Shown: positions 38,473 to 48,299 of the stretch, piece after piece
Position numbering within the stretch: position 1 is the first letter of the stretch
Layout of the letters: every line of letters starts with the position of its first letter
Virus record (IMG/VR): IMGVR_UViG_3300027766_000001
DNA: 64,000 nt
Origin: a virus
Lineage: Duplodnaviria > Caudoviricetes
Direction: 5' to 3' (one strand)
The notes under the pieces: generated by a model
Database searches by the model: none
Seen by the model: only the letters and a program-made list of their open reading frames with translations
Told to the model about the DNA's origin: nothing
Program-made: the position numbers and the translations under genes

Positions 38473-39453
38473 TTATTTCACAGCGCTGTTAATCACCACT
38501 TCAAGTTGCTGAGTAACCTGAAGAGACCATTTGTAGATTTTATCAGCCAGCTTAGAGTTAGCTTCAGTTGCAGACTCCCAGTAGAGGAAGTTCCACTGTA
38601 ACGTGCTCATGGCATCATTATCATCGGCCTCATCAAGGCCATCAAACGTATCCTGCCCGGCACCGTACGTAATGCGGTTGTCTTCAGCATCCATTTCGAT
38701 GTCGACACCCCAGCTCATGAGCTCTTTCATGAGGTCACCAAGTGCTTTGCCGTTTTCAGCAGTCAACGGTGGCAGTTCACTGGATGAGCCAGGCTTGATT
38801 TCAGGCAGATCACTTTTAATGGCGTCAAGATGGGTTTTCAGCATTGCCATCTTTTCATTGGCGAACGCAGTAAGTTCTTCTTGACTCTTACCTTTAAGCT
38901 TCTTGATATCACCCACAACTTTATCAACCAGGCTACCGTACGCTTCGGTCTGCTTCGTGTTGGCGGCGTACACATCAGACATGGTCTTCTGTGCAGAGGC
39001 GAGCGCAGTCTTCAGACTGGCAAAGTCAGAGAAATCACCAATCAACTTCGACAGGTTATTGGTTGTCGGAGCAGTCTCTTTAATCTGCTTACCACCCCAC
39101 CAATTACTGCTAGCGTAAGTGTTGTTGATTTCCTTTTCCACAGGCGCGGAGGTTTTTTCAATGGTGGCTTTGGCTTTACCGCGGCCAAGCTTCTTAAGTC
39201 CGTCGATACCTTTCTTTAACGTAGCAATAAAACCACTAAGCGCTTCAAGACCGGCACCCGGGGTAAAGTGAGTAGGGTAACGTGCAGCTAAACCCAGCTC
39301 AATCAGGTTAACGGTTGCATTATCCAGTGACTCTAAACCAGCACCATTGGCTTGGGCAACAAACTTAGTCAGGAGTTCAACATCTTGTTGCAATGCTTCA
39401 ACACCGGAATGAATAGAAAGTTGCGTGATGAATTCATCAGTAATCAATTGCAT
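38473..39453 (-). CDS. Putative internal head (ejection) protein with protease-cleavable propeptide
   Basis: N-terminal SGVEAL, AGLESL and AGLEAL motifs of the type cut by phiKZ-family head proteases. Confidence 0.6.
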   Translation of the reverse strand: MQLITDEFITQLSIHSGVEALQQDVELLTKFVAQANGAGLESLDNATVNLIELGLAARYPTHFTPGAGLEALSGFIATLKKGIDGLKKLGRGKAKATIEKTSAPVEKEINNTYASSNWWGGKQIKETAPTTNNLSKLIGDFSDFASLKTALASAQKTMSDVYAANTKQTEAYGSLVDKVVGDIKKLKGKSQEELTAFANEKMAMLKTHLDAIKSDLPEIKPGSSSELPPLTAENGKALGDLMKELMSWGVDIEMDAEDNRITYGAGQDTFDGLDEADDNDAMSTLQWNFLYWESATEANSKLADKIYKWSLQVTQQLEVVINSAVK

Positions 39454-39462
39454 GGTAAACCC

Positions 39463-40827
39463 TTAAGCAGAATAATGTTTCATGGAGAGGGCGCGCAGAA
39501 TAACGTAGAGAAATAATCCCACACGCACGGTTGCAACGGTTGCCGGTGTACGAATACCGGTTGCCATGCTGACGATCTCATCACCCAGATCACGCATCTT
39601 CAGTAAGCTTTCATTACTGGTACGGCTGGAGCGATAAGCACCTTTCATTTTCGAGATCACATCCGGGATGTCATTCAGACGCAAGTTCTTAGAAGAGATG
39701 TATTCAAACAGATGCTGAATCGTCTCTTGCAAGAGTTTGTCGATGGTGCCCGATTTGTCGTAGCGGTAGTTCGAGGAGATAAACCGCAATGACGTTTCCA
39801 GTGGTGCCGGCGGAATGGTCGGGTTAGACTTGGTGATGATCTCCGCCAACTCGGGACGGTACCAGTCTGACTCGACACCCACGATGTTCTTGATGTAGCG
39901 CAGGTACATAGAGACCACACGTTCCACATCACGAATGTGGCGCACACCATCCAGCTCCACAGAGGACGACCCTTCCGTGATCATGTTCTCTTTCATCTTC
40001 ACGCTATGGAACACGTTGTTGATGGAGTTGATCACGTCACGCAAACGGTCCTGTACGTCACCTACCATGTAGATGACGGCTTTGTCATCGGTCATGCGGA
40101 CATACGTCTCGTAGTGGATACCGGTGCCCTTTGTAATAATTGACTTAGCACGCGCATCAATTAGGGCGTGCCAGCTGCCGTACTGTTTCAGGTCAAATTT
40201 CTTTGACAGCTGTTTGTACGTTTCCATGGCAACCGACTTGTTGGCCGGGTACGGGTAATCGTGCGACAGGATCGATGATAAGTTCTTGTAGTGGAAAATA
40301 CGGACCACATCAATCTTACCTTGCTCGATCTCAGCTGGACTCAACTCTTTCGAGTGGTGCAGGAGGTTTAACAACACCGGCATCGACAAGTTCATGAGGT
40401 CACCCGTTACGTGGAACTTCGGGTTCACGAACATGGTGTTGTGGACATCGTTAGTCAGATCGACTTCATCGGTATCCAGGATACTGTCGAACCATTCATT
40501 ACGATCAGCGATAGTAAACTTGATCGGGTAGACGCCAATCAGGTTACCACCAAAGAAACTGATGTGATCCTGGTTCTTGGTACGAAAGCGGTTGGAGTAC
40601 ATGGCCAGGGCTTTGACCAGTGCGCGGTTAGCAACCAGTGTCGGGCAGTTCTTCAGGAAAGCTTCCTTGATCGTCATGCCGTTGCCGGCTGTCGCGTAGG
40701 ATTCTAAGCCTGCTGACACTTTCTCAAATCCTGCTGCCCAGTCAATTGGGTCTCGTGTCTCTGACCACGGAGCCTGCAACTGCTGATTAGCACCCGACAG
40801 GATATGGTGGATATCCTCAGCAAACAT
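39463..40827 (-). CDS. Conserved putative virion protein (454 aa)
   Basis: Long ORF with GAGG RBS. AGLESY site near the N-terminus. Confidence 0.6.
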   Translation of the reverse strand: MFAEDIHHILSGANQQLQAPWSETRDPIDWAAGFEKVSAGLESYATAGNGMTIKEAFLKNCPTLVANRALVKALAMYSNRFRTKNQDHISFFGGNLIGVYPIKFTIADRNEWFDSILDTDEVDLTNDVHNTMFVNPKFHVTGDLMNLSMPVLLNLLHHSKELSPAEIEQGKIDVVRIFHYKNLSSILSHDYPYPANKSVAMETYKQLSKKFDLKQYGSWHALIDARAKSIITKGTGIHYETYVRMTDDKAVIYMVGDVQDRLRDVINSINNVFHSVKMKENMITEGSSSVELDGVRHIRDVERVVSMYLRYIKNIVGVESDWYRPELAEIITKSNPTIPPAPLETSLRFISSNYRYDKSGTIDKLLQETIQHLFEYISSKNLRLNDIPDVISKMKGAYRSSRTSNESLLKMRDLGDEIVSMATGIRTPATVATVRVGLFLYVILRALSMKHYSA

Positions 40828-40851
40828 AGTGCGTTCCTCTCATTGTAGTTG

Positions 40852-40880
40852 ATTTTAAACCTATATTATCCATGTGAATA
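40852..40880 (+). promoter_or_regulatory. phiKZ-type early promoter (TATATTAT)
   Basis: GATTTTAAACC-TATATTAT-CCAT-GTGAAT at the head of an accessory operon. Confidence 0.65.
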
Positions 40881-40915
40881 TCTTAACCAATTTCTTAACC
40901 TGTAAGGATTTAACT

Positions 40916-41782
40916 ATGCGTGTACTGGCTATGAATCAGTTTGAGAACATGATTCGTTATGATGCGGACCTGCGCAACTACGGAAAGTTTTCTGTCTACA
41001 ATCACCCTACTGCCAAAGACGACAACCTGGCAGTGGTCTACATCCAGATCAACGGCCCACAGTGCTATGCCTTGAAAGTCACCCGTCTGATGGTGAACCC
41101 GGTTAACGTCGACGTCACTGACCTCACGGCTGCGGTGCGTAAACTGGAAGCGGATCTCGGTACCCGCTGGAATAACGGCCTGTTAGCCATCACAGCGCGT
41201 TCACTTCGTTACACAGGTGAATTTACCAACCTTATTAAAGAAAGCCCGCTGAAGGCGTTAGAGGAGGTCCTGAAAGACCCTCTGGGCTTTGACACCGAGT
41301 ACCAGAGCTTTGAAGTACCTCAGGCGATGAAAATGATCGAAGGTGCTAACCTGACCGAGATCACTAACTGGATCCAGAACAACAACGCCACGGTGCGCAG
41401 CTACATTCACTACACGAATGAAGGTGAGCAGTTTGTGGTGCTGGGTCGCCAGTTCCGTGAAGAATCGTTCCTGATGCTGACGTCGTACAACCCCGATAAA
41501 CTGGTGGCGTACTTCGACGGTATGGTAGCGGGTCGTCCGGTGCATCAACGTGTGGCGCTGGAACCGAACAGCTTCCAGGGCGACAAGTTCTTCATGGACC
41601 GCATGGGCAGAAACCCGGTCGAGCATTATGGCTCACTGTGGCGTCTGCGTCACTTCGGTACGGTTGTGACCGAAGACAAAGAACTGTACGTCCGTGGTCC
41701 GCACATCGCTGCTCGCGATCAGTTGAACATTCCTTCACAGGACGACTTCGACTTCTCTGAAAACCGCATCATCGTTATTTAA
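40916..41782 (+). CDS. Hypothetical protein
   Basis: AAGGA RBS, biased codons. Confidence 0.75.
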   Translation: MRVLAMNQFENMIRYDADLRNYGKFSVYNHPTAKDDNLAVVYIQINGPQCYALKVTRLMVNPVNVDVTDLTAAVRKLEADLGTRWNNGLLAITARSLRYTGEFTNLIKESPLKALEEVLKDPLGFDTEYQSFEVPQAMKMIEGANLTEITNWIQNNNATVRSYIHYTNEGEQFVVLGRQFREESFLMLTSYNPDKLVAYFDGMVAGRPVHQRVALEPNSFQGDKFFMDRMGRNPVEHYGSLWRLRHFGTVVTEDKELYVRGPHIAARDQLNIPSQDDFDFSENRIIVI

Positions 41783-41790
41783 GGGTTTGT

Positions 41791-42423
41791 ATGCTTAAGT
41801 TCTTTTTGAAGTTATTAGGATTCGGGGGCGTTGGGCGCTACGCACGGGTTAACAACAAGTCGCGGATCGATCCCACCATGGGTGTTGGTCCGTTGCCTGA
41901 TGAAGCCGGTAAGCTTAAAGTTATCGGTGACAATGTTTGGCGCAGGGATCCGGGTGGTACGTGGGTGATCGTCTGTGCCTGGCCGCACAAGGTCATGCGC
42001 ACCGAAGACCTACCTATCCTTGCACCAGATGGTGCTACCTTCGACATCGGTGATGATCGCTGGGTGTTCTTCAACGGGCATTGGTCGAAGTTCGGTGGGC
42101 TTGACAACAACGGACAATTTGTCAGTCGTTTACGTCAAGGCCATCGGTTACACACCGATCACCTACACCGTCGAACCACCCCACGTCTGCCAACCCGTCG
42201 GACACCGTATCCGGTTTCACCGTCCCATCAACGGGAAGATGACAACATGATGAACGCGGTCGCAGCGATGTCCGTACTCAGCATGAACAGCGGTAACGAT
42301 TACCGTAGTAACGACAACGACACGGGACGGCATTATAGCCCATCATGCCACGCCCCCACTCACCATGATCACGGAAGTTACGACAGCAGTCCTTCAGATA
42401 ACAGTTCACCGTCGTGTGACTGA
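41791..42423 (+). CDS. Hypothetical protein with S/D/H-rich low-complexity tail
   Basis: Hydrophobic N-terminus, two Trp-containing GD.xW repeats, tail ending SSPSDNSSPSCD. Confidence 0.65.
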   Translation: MLKFFLKLLGFGGVGRYARVNNKSRIDPTMGVGPLPDEAGKLKVIGDNVWRRDPGGTWVIVCAWPHKVMRTEDLPILAPDGATFDIGDDRWVFFNGHWSKFGGLDNNGQFVSRLRQGHRLHTDHLHRRTTPRLPTRRTPYPVSPSHQREDDNMMNAVAAMSVLSMNSGNDYRSNDNDTGRHYSPSCHAPTHHDHGSYDSSPSDNSSPSCD

Positions 42424-42481
42424 TAAATCCTGTGTCAGCAAAGTCTCTCTTTTTCGTATCACACAGCCAAGGATTTAAGTC

Positions 42482-42751
42482 ATGACTACTAAAACACACT
42501 CATACCCGACCAATGCCGCAAAAGTGGTTGCCTTCCTGAAAAGTGGTGGCATCGCTAAAGCGGGTAAGGTTGTCAAGGGGCAAGGTATCGAACTTGTCGG
42601 TTCAGTTGATGACAGCAAGCTCGAAGACTACCTGGTGGTGGTCCCACGTGTAGGGGTGTGCTCAGCGTACTGGCACGCAGCAACGTTCGGCGAAGTTGGC
42701 GAACACGGTGCAGTGCTGGTGAATAAGGCGGAAGTTTCACTGGTAAAATAA
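42482..42751 (+). CDS. Hypothetical protein (89 aa)
   Basis: AAGGA RBS. Confidence 0.7.
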   Translation: MTTKTHSYPTNAAKVVAFLKSGGIAKAGKVVKGQGIELVGSVDDSKLEDYLVVVPRVGVCSAYWHAATFGEVGEHGAVLVNKAEVSLVK

Positions 42752-42759
42752 GGCTTAAC

Positions 42760-43320
42760 ATGTCATTCATTTATATTGCAGATCTGGTCAAGATCGATTC
42801 ACAGGATGATCTCAGTAATACCCCGGACTGGGCAATGGGCACAACGAACATCGGGGTGATGTACGGTGGGTTCTGGGTCGGTAGTCAACAGTTCTCGTAT
42901 GGCAGCTGGCTGTGTAAGTTATCCGATGGCACACTCATGGGTCAAACCGAAGAACAGATCCAGGGTATGGCGCTGTCAATGCCGGCACTGGTACGGGCAA
43001 GCCTGGTGCCAACCGGTGATATCCCTTCTGGCAGCATCGGGCGTTTTGTCACCGCGTTTAAGCAAGACGTGGTGTTGATCTACGCGCAAGCTCAGATGGT
43101 TGATGAAGATGATCCTGACAACATCGGGATTAAAGTGTTGGCACGCGCACCTCATCGTGACGAGCTGACACAAACAATCGACCATGAGCGTACGTTTGTG
43201 ATCATTGCAAACGAATACGTCAGTGGGCAGGTGGTTGACGCTGTACGTCTTAGCACTTTCGTTAAGACGCTCAATGCACAACACATCGAGCACACCCTCG
43301 GTCCGCGTGGACCACAGTAA
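42760..43320 (+). CDS. Hypothetical protein (186 aa)
   Basis: Operonic ORF followed by a terminator. Confidence 0.7.
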   Translation: MSFIYIADLVKIDSQDDLSNTPDWAMGTTNIGVMYGGFWVGSQQFSYGSWLCKLSDGTLMGQTEEQIQGMALSMPALVRASLVPTGDIPSGSIGRFVTAFKQDVVLIYAQAQMVDEDDPDNIGIKVLARAPHRDELTQTIDHERTFVIIANEYVSGQVVDAVRLSTFVKTLNAQHIEHTLGPRGPQ

Positions 43321-43328
43321 CATAAATC

Positions 43329-43360
43329 GAGCCTGGGCAATCGCCCGGGCTTTTATGCCG
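43329..43360 (+). terminator. Terminator with TTATGCCG tail
   Basis: AGCCTGGGC-AATC-GCCCGGGCT followed by TTTATGCCG. Confidence 0.75.
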
Positions 43361-43383
43361 ACTTAACCTGTAGGAGTAGTATC

Positions 43384-44169
43384 ATGAACGCATCTAAAGA
43401 CAGAATTGAAAACGAAATCGTTGACATGCTGAAGCACAACGGTTTCCTGATCGCCTTGGTCGCCGTTGACCCAGAGAACATTGTTCGCAGCGAAGTTATC
43501 GAGCTGGAACAGGGAAGCAAAGAAACTCACACCAGTGTTAACCGTCGTTTTGACGTGGCGGAATCAATCATCGCCTATTTCAATGAGTACGGGTTTAAGT
43601 TTAACTCCGTAAAATGGAACGAGGTTACACGTACGCTGGAACTGGTAATGGATCCGAACGTAATGTGGTTTGGTTCACTGATGCACTACGCCAGCACCCA
43701 ACGCCTGGCCGTAGCGTTCGATCGTATCCTGGCGGAGGTGAAGGACATCATCCACAAGGCGTTTGATGTGCTGGACGAAGACGACACCATGAGCTGGTTG
43801 ACTTACTTCGATATCCTTCGTTCTGAGAAAGGAGGAGGTTGGGCGTACCGTGGTGATGATCAAGGCATTGGGCTCATTGACGGTATGCCGATGAAATCCA
43901 TACTCGATCACTATATCACCTCAACCGGGCTTGATTGGCGTGAAGACGACCGTCAGGCGTTCTGCAAAGACCACGACGTGGCTGAAAACGATCACACTCA
44001 ACCGATTGTGTTCCTGCGTGATGCGTTCACAACACGGGTACCTGATGTAGTGTGCGGGTTACCGCTTGACCGTTTTAACGCCGTACTCGAATCAGTGGGT
44101 CTGTGTGCAACCACCGAAACGATGGCCGAGGCTGGCTTCCGATCTTTCCTGAAAATTGTCAAAGCCTAA
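43384..44169 (+). CDS. Hypothetical protein (261 aa)
   Basis: AGGAG RBS. Confidence 0.75.
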   Translation: MNASKDRIENEIVDMLKHNGFLIALVAVDPENIVRSEVIELEQGSKETHTSVNRRFDVAESIIAYFNEYGFKFNSVKWNEVTRTLELVMDPNVMWFGSLMHYASTQRLAVAFDRILAEVKDIIHKAFDVLDEDDTMSWLTYFDILRSEKGGGWAYRGDDQGIGLIDGMPMKSILDHYITSTGLDWREDDRQAFCKDHDVAENDHTQPIVFLRDAFTTRVPDVVCGLPLDRFNAVLESVGLCATTETMAEAGFRSFLKIVKA

Positions 44170-44178
44170 GGGGTTATC

Positions 44179-44586
44179 ATGTCACACACCGTTAAAGACC
44201 CTTTAGCCTTCCTGGCGGCATTTGACCCAGCCAATTCATCTTCACTAACATCGACCATTCACCTGGTGTTACGTGATATGGACAACATGGCAGATAAAGT
44301 GGATACCGACATCGTTTTCAGCCGGGACACAATGGAAGCCAAAGAAGCCGTGGTGGATTGGTTGCGGCAAAGTCCTCTGTACGTCTGGCCGTATGCGGAT
44401 ATCGAATACACAGCGGATTTCAAACATGCCACGCTGTATGTTCGTGTCGATGCGACAGTTTTCAAAGCGCTGGATATACGGGACGAAGGTATGTCCGTCA
44501 AGTTTGACTTGGCACGCAAGTCAGCATCAACCCTGGCGCGTTTATTTAACCACGTCAACAGGAATCGCAAGATTAGCATTGGGTGA
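44179..44586 (+). CDS. Hypothetical protein (135 aa)
   Basis: Operonic spacing. Confidence 0.7.
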   Translation: MSHTVKDPLAFLAAFDPANSSSLTSTIHLVLRDMDNMADKVDTDIVFSRDTMEAKEAVVDWLRQSPLYVWPYADIEYTADFKHATLYVRVDATVFKALDIRDEGMSVKFDLARKSASTLARLFNHVNRNRKISIG

Positions 44587-44589
44587 GCC

Positions 44590-44826
44590 ATGGACAAGAT
44601 CCTGGATATCGTAAAGATCGGCTATACGCTGAAGACGCACGAGCTGCCGGGTTGGTTACGCTCCGAGATCGCTATGGGTGGTCCGGGGTTTGTCATCAAC
44701 GGTAAGCAGTTTGACTGGTATGACTACGCGGTGCAAACCGACCGTGGTGTCAAAGGCATGCTCAAAGCAGATGTTGAACGTCTGCTGGACAACGCTGCTG
44801 TTATTAACTCTAAACTCAACAAGTGA
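44590..44826 (+). CDS. Hypothetical protein (78 aa)
   Basis: Operonic spacing. Confidence 0.65.
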   Translation: MDKILDIVKIGYTLKTHELPGWLRSEIAMGGPGFVINGKQFDWYDYAVQTDRGVKGMLKADVERLLDNAAVINSKLNK

Positions 44827-44834
44827 GAACAACT

Positions 44835-45416
44835 ATGCAACAGATCGCAAAAGACCCTATCGACTTCATCCGTGGTTTCCGTTTCGCGACCTTTACCTCT
44901 CAGCCAGGTAGTACGGCTGGTCCAACCCGTAAAGAGGTTGCGCTGACCATTTGCCTGATGCACCCGGAACACCAAATGAGTAGTCGCACCGCATACGTCA
45001 ACATCCCTAAGGCGGGCGGTCTGACTATGGATGTTATCGCGGACTATCTGGCCAACGCTAAAGACTTCCAGGTCCTGCCGTATGCGATGGTCACCGACTA
45101 CGACAACGCGATACAGATTAACCTGTTGGTCAGCAATCCGTTTGTTGAACTCGACGATCTGAAAGCTGATCTGGACGGTCTGTATGTGTACATGCAGAAA
45201 GTCAAGCAGTTGGTTGAATCGGGTAACGGTCGTGTACTCACCCCGAGTTATGATCGTGAGCGCATCAGTAACAGTTTAAACAGCGGTAGTAATGGTGGTT
45301 ATCCTGGCGGACCGACAATCGGACAGTCCATCCCGCAGGGCAGTAACCGCACTCCGCAGAATTACGGCGGACGCAACCAACCGACGACCGGTAACGCCAA
45401 CAAAAGCAATTTCTAA
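44835..45416 (+). CDS. Hypothetical protein with G/N/Q/S-rich disordered C-terminus
   Basis: ATG at 44835, tail SLNSGSNGGYPGGP...GNANKSNF. Confidence 0.7.
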   Translation: MQQIAKDPIDFIRGFRFATFTSQPGSTAGPTRKEVALTICLMHPEHQMSSRTAYVNIPKAGGLTMDVIADYLANAKDFQVLPYAMVTDYDNAIQINLLVSNPFVELDDLKADLDGLYVYMQKVKQLVESGNGRVLTPSYDRERISNSLNSGSNGGYPGGPTIGQSIPQGSNRTPQNYGGRNQPTTGNANKSNF

Positions 45417-45446
45417 TTAACTTAACTACATAGCAGAGGATCTCCT

Positions 45447-46238
45447 ATGGAAAAGTCAAACCAAAACATCGCACGCACCTGTATCTCCTTCATCCCACGC
45501 TTACAACGCCACAAATTCAAAATGGTGTTTACCGCAGTAGGGGTGTGCCGCATTCTGTACATCAAAAGCTGTCCTGCTGAAATGCTGATGCCGTTCTTTA
45601 ACAAGGTCCAGCAGTTCATGGTCGACTACGATATTCAGGGTGCTGTCACCATGGGTCGTGATAATGACCTGTTCCTGACCTTGGATAACTTCCAGTTCAT
45701 GGGTGGCTTCCACGCACACACCGTCAGTGCCGTAGATCTGCTGGACAATATGGTTGCTCAGTTCCAGTACAGTGCTGTGGTCGATTCACCGTTCGGTGAT
45801 GCGGCTGACGAACCTACGATGGCCACCATGTCTCAACCTCAGTTTATGGTGCGCTGCGTCCGTATGCTCGGCGTGCGTTTCGACCAGTTGGATAAAGAGG
45901 GTGGTCAGTTGTTTCAGTTGCGTCGGTTTGTTCCGGGCCCTCCGGGTACGCATGAACGCAATTGGTTCTACACGCTTAACGGGTTTGACCTCAACACCGA
46001 TATGACTATCCCGTTAGCTGAGCGTACTGATAAAGATGACTTCGTTATCGTGTCGACCGAGAACCCGCGCCTACGGAAGGGCTCGTCATCCGGTCCATTT
46101 GCCAGCACGGCATTAACGATTAACGACTTCCTCAAATTAGTACGGGTATTGAACCTAAAGGAGGATGGCCGACAATACACCATCGGCACACCGGATATCA
46201 GTGGTAACTTCTGGTTGCATCAAACGAAGGCTGAGTAA
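45447..46238 (+). CDS. Hypothetical protein (263 aa)
   Basis: GAGGA RBS, followed by a terminator. Confidence 0.75.
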   Translation: MEKSNQNIARTCISFIPRLQRHKFKMVFTAVGVCRILYIKSCPAEMLMPFFNKVQQFMVDYDIQGAVTMGRDNDLFLTLDNFQFMGGFHAHTVSAVDLLDNMVAQFQYSAVVDSPFGDAADEPTMATMSQPQFMVRCVRMLGVRFDQLDKEGGQLFQLRRFVPGPPGTHERNWFYTLNGFDLNTDMTIPLAERTDKDDFVIVSTENPRLRKGSSSGPFASTALTINDFLKLVRVLNLKEDGRQYTIGTPDISGNFWLHQTKAE

Positions 46239-46250
46239 GTCATCAAATAA

Positions 46251-46279
46251 GGGGAGCTTCGGCTCCTCTTTTTTTTTTG
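46251..46279 (+). terminator. Intrinsic terminator
   Basis: GGGGAGC-TTCG-GCTCCTC plus a long T-run. Confidence 0.8.
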
Positions 46280-46453
46280 ACCTCGAGCCCGCGCCCCGAT
46301 CAATATTGGTCGTCCGGAGTACGACATTCCCTTTAGGGGATGAGATACTTTTAATTAATAAAAATCAGTGTGTGGGGAAGCCTTTAGTATTTCTATACAT
46401 ACGTTTCTGTAATACTATGCAAATGTAAGAATTTGCCCCGGAGCGTACGATAC

Positions 46454-46499
46454 GAATGAATGAATGAAATTATCGAAGATAATGGAATGAATGAATGAA
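46454..46499. repeat. Two copies of GAATGAATGAATGAA spaced 31 bp apart in a roughly 400-bp non-coding gap
   Basis: Exact 15-mers at 46454-46468 and 46485-46499. Confidence 0.85.
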
Positions 46500-46663
46500 G
46501 TGAGTAGAAGCGGAGGGTAAGGAGAGAGGCAAGAGCCGAACGACATCCTTAGTGTAGTTACACGAGTGCAACGAGTCAGGAAAGTGGGGGACCGGGGGCA
46601 GTCAGTGGGTTGTGCTTATGTATACCTTAGAAATAAAAATAAATTTTAAAAGTAAAACGAAGC

Positions 46664-46716
46664 CGGCATAAAAGGCACTCCATCCCTTTGGGGAATGGAG
46701 GCCTCCAATTATGCTG
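46664..46716. terminator. Terminator with CGGCATAA / TTATGCTG flanks
   Basis: CTCCATCCC-TTT-GGGGAATGGAG hairpin downstream of the minus-strand gene. Confidence 0.7.
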
Positions 46717-46721
46717 ATGGA

Positions 46722-48092
46722 TTACTCAGACGCTTCGCCGCCTTTAGCCGCTTGTGCAGCAACATCCAGTGCCGCGCCACCGACTTCACCGACCGCAGTA
46801 GGGATACCACGAACCAGTTCGCGTACGCCTTCGATCATAGAGGTTGGGAGTTTGGACAGGGTATAGACCAGCGTCGCAACACCTTTGTCTGCACCAGACG
46901 ACGTTTTCATGGCTTCGTTCAGACCGATGTAGTGGTCCGCGATCTTGCCAAACACACCCAGGGTCACTTTCACGTTACGCTGGATAGCCAGGGTTGCGTT
47001 ACAGGCCTTGATGACTTCGTTGGCGATCTTCACCGCATCCTGAGGAGACAGGGTGCTTTCGAAGACCACTTTGTCTGACTTCTCTTCTTTCGGACGACGC
47101 AGCGCAACACGGGCTTTACCCAGTGCTTTGATGGTTGAGGCGATTTCATTAACAGAATCACCGCCGGTGGTTTTGTAACGCAGATCGAATACCGCGTAAC
47201 CACCCAGGGCGACTTCAGTACGCTTCAGGGTCAGTGCCGGGGTATCCTGGACAGAGATGTTGGCACCCGGGTACGGAGGCGGCACCAGCTTGTCAACGAT
47301 CTTCTTCGCATCAGCCAGGGTCGCAGCAGATTTCAGAGAACCCATTGCGGAGTTCACCGGGCCGTTAGCAAAGCCACCGACTTTCTGCATGTAATCGCCA
47401 GACAGGTCGGTTACCATCTTCGTGAACGAAGACAGATCACCCACCAGGTTGGTAGACACCCTGTCACCTTTCACAGCCAGGTACTTAGACTTCACTTTCA
47501 CCTGACGAGAACCGGTGGCTTTCTGTGCATCCGCGATGATGCCTTCAGCACGTTTCTTCAGACGACCGGCTTTCAGTACGATACCGTCGATGAAACGCGT
47601 GATCGCAGAGTTCATGCCAACGATGGCGCCAGCCACTTTAGTCCCGATGGTGCCTTTGGCATCATTCAGTGCTTCGAGACCCGCAGTCAGGTAAGCAGCA
47701 GACGCTTCTGCATCGTCAAAGCTTTCCAGGCCACCACCGACTTTGGTTGCATCAATGCCCAGCGCTTCCAGTGAAGCCGTGATCTGACCGTGCAGCAGTT
47801 CAGCGACTGCAGGGGTGATGCCGACTTCGATGAACGCTTCCATTGACGCTTGCAGGTTCTGGATGGTATCCATCTGCTGATCGTAGGTTGCCAGGTCAGA
47901 ACCCTGTGCCTGCATGTCCAGTTCAGCTTGTGCGATCTGTGCGTCTTCAACAGCAACGTTACGATCCACAACCAGAACGTTAGCGACATCAACGTCAACC
48001 GGTGCGTCATACACGGTGTCAACCGGAGTAGGCAGAGAAGGCTCTTCGAACGCTTCCATACCCATGTTTAAAATAAGATTGTTAACTGACAT
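46722..48092 (-). CDS. Putative internal head/ejection protein with acidic multi-cut propeptide
   Basis: GMEAF, ASMEAF, ASLEAL, GGLESF and AGLEAL within the first 145 aa or so, followed by a basic mature region. Confidence 0.65.
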   Translation of the reverse strand: MSVNNLILNMGMEAFEEPSLPTPVDTVYDAPVDVDVANVLVVDRNVAVEDAQIAQAELDMQAQGSDLATYDQQMDTIQNLQASMEAFIEVGITPAVAELLHGQITASLEALGIDATKVGGGLESFDDAEASAAYLTAGLEALNDAKGTIGTKVAGAIVGMNSAITRFIDGIVLKAGRLKKRAEGIIADAQKATGSRQVKVKSKYLAVKGDRVSTNLVGDLSSFTKMVTDLSGDYMQKVGGFANGPVNSAMGSLKSAATLADAKKIVDKLVPPPYPGANISVQDTPALTLKRTEVALGGYAVFDLRYKTTGGDSVNEIASTIKALGKARVALRRPKEEKSDKVVFESTLSPQDAVKIANEVIKACNATLAIQRNVKVTLGVFGKIADHYIGLNEAMKTSSGADKGVATLVYTLSKLPTSMIEGVRELVRGIPTAVGEVGGAALDVAAQAAKGGEASE

Positions 48093-48179
48093 ACCTGCTC
48101 CATTAATAAGTGAATGTAACGTTACGATTCATACGATAAGTCCAGTAATACCAAGGGATTCCCGTTACGCTATTATATG

Positions 48180-48236
48180 ACATAAAACTCCTCCACTCAT
48201 TACCCAACCAGGTAGTGAGTGCGAGGGTTTATGCCG
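48180..48236. terminator. Hairpin with CATAAAA / TTATGCCG flanks
   Basis: CACTCATTACC/GGTAGTGAGTG stem followed by TTTATGCCG. Confidence 0.55.
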
Positions 48237-48253
48237 GCTTTATGTAATACAGG

Positions 48254-48283
48254 AAATCTCAAGTCTATATTACTGAGGTGATA
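48254..48283 (+). promoter_or_regulatory. phiKZ-type early promoter TATATTAC
   Basis: Exact TATATTAC at 48266-48273 followed by TGAG-GTGAT. Confidence 0.7.
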
Positions 48284-48299
48284 ACCTTACCTTTATTTC

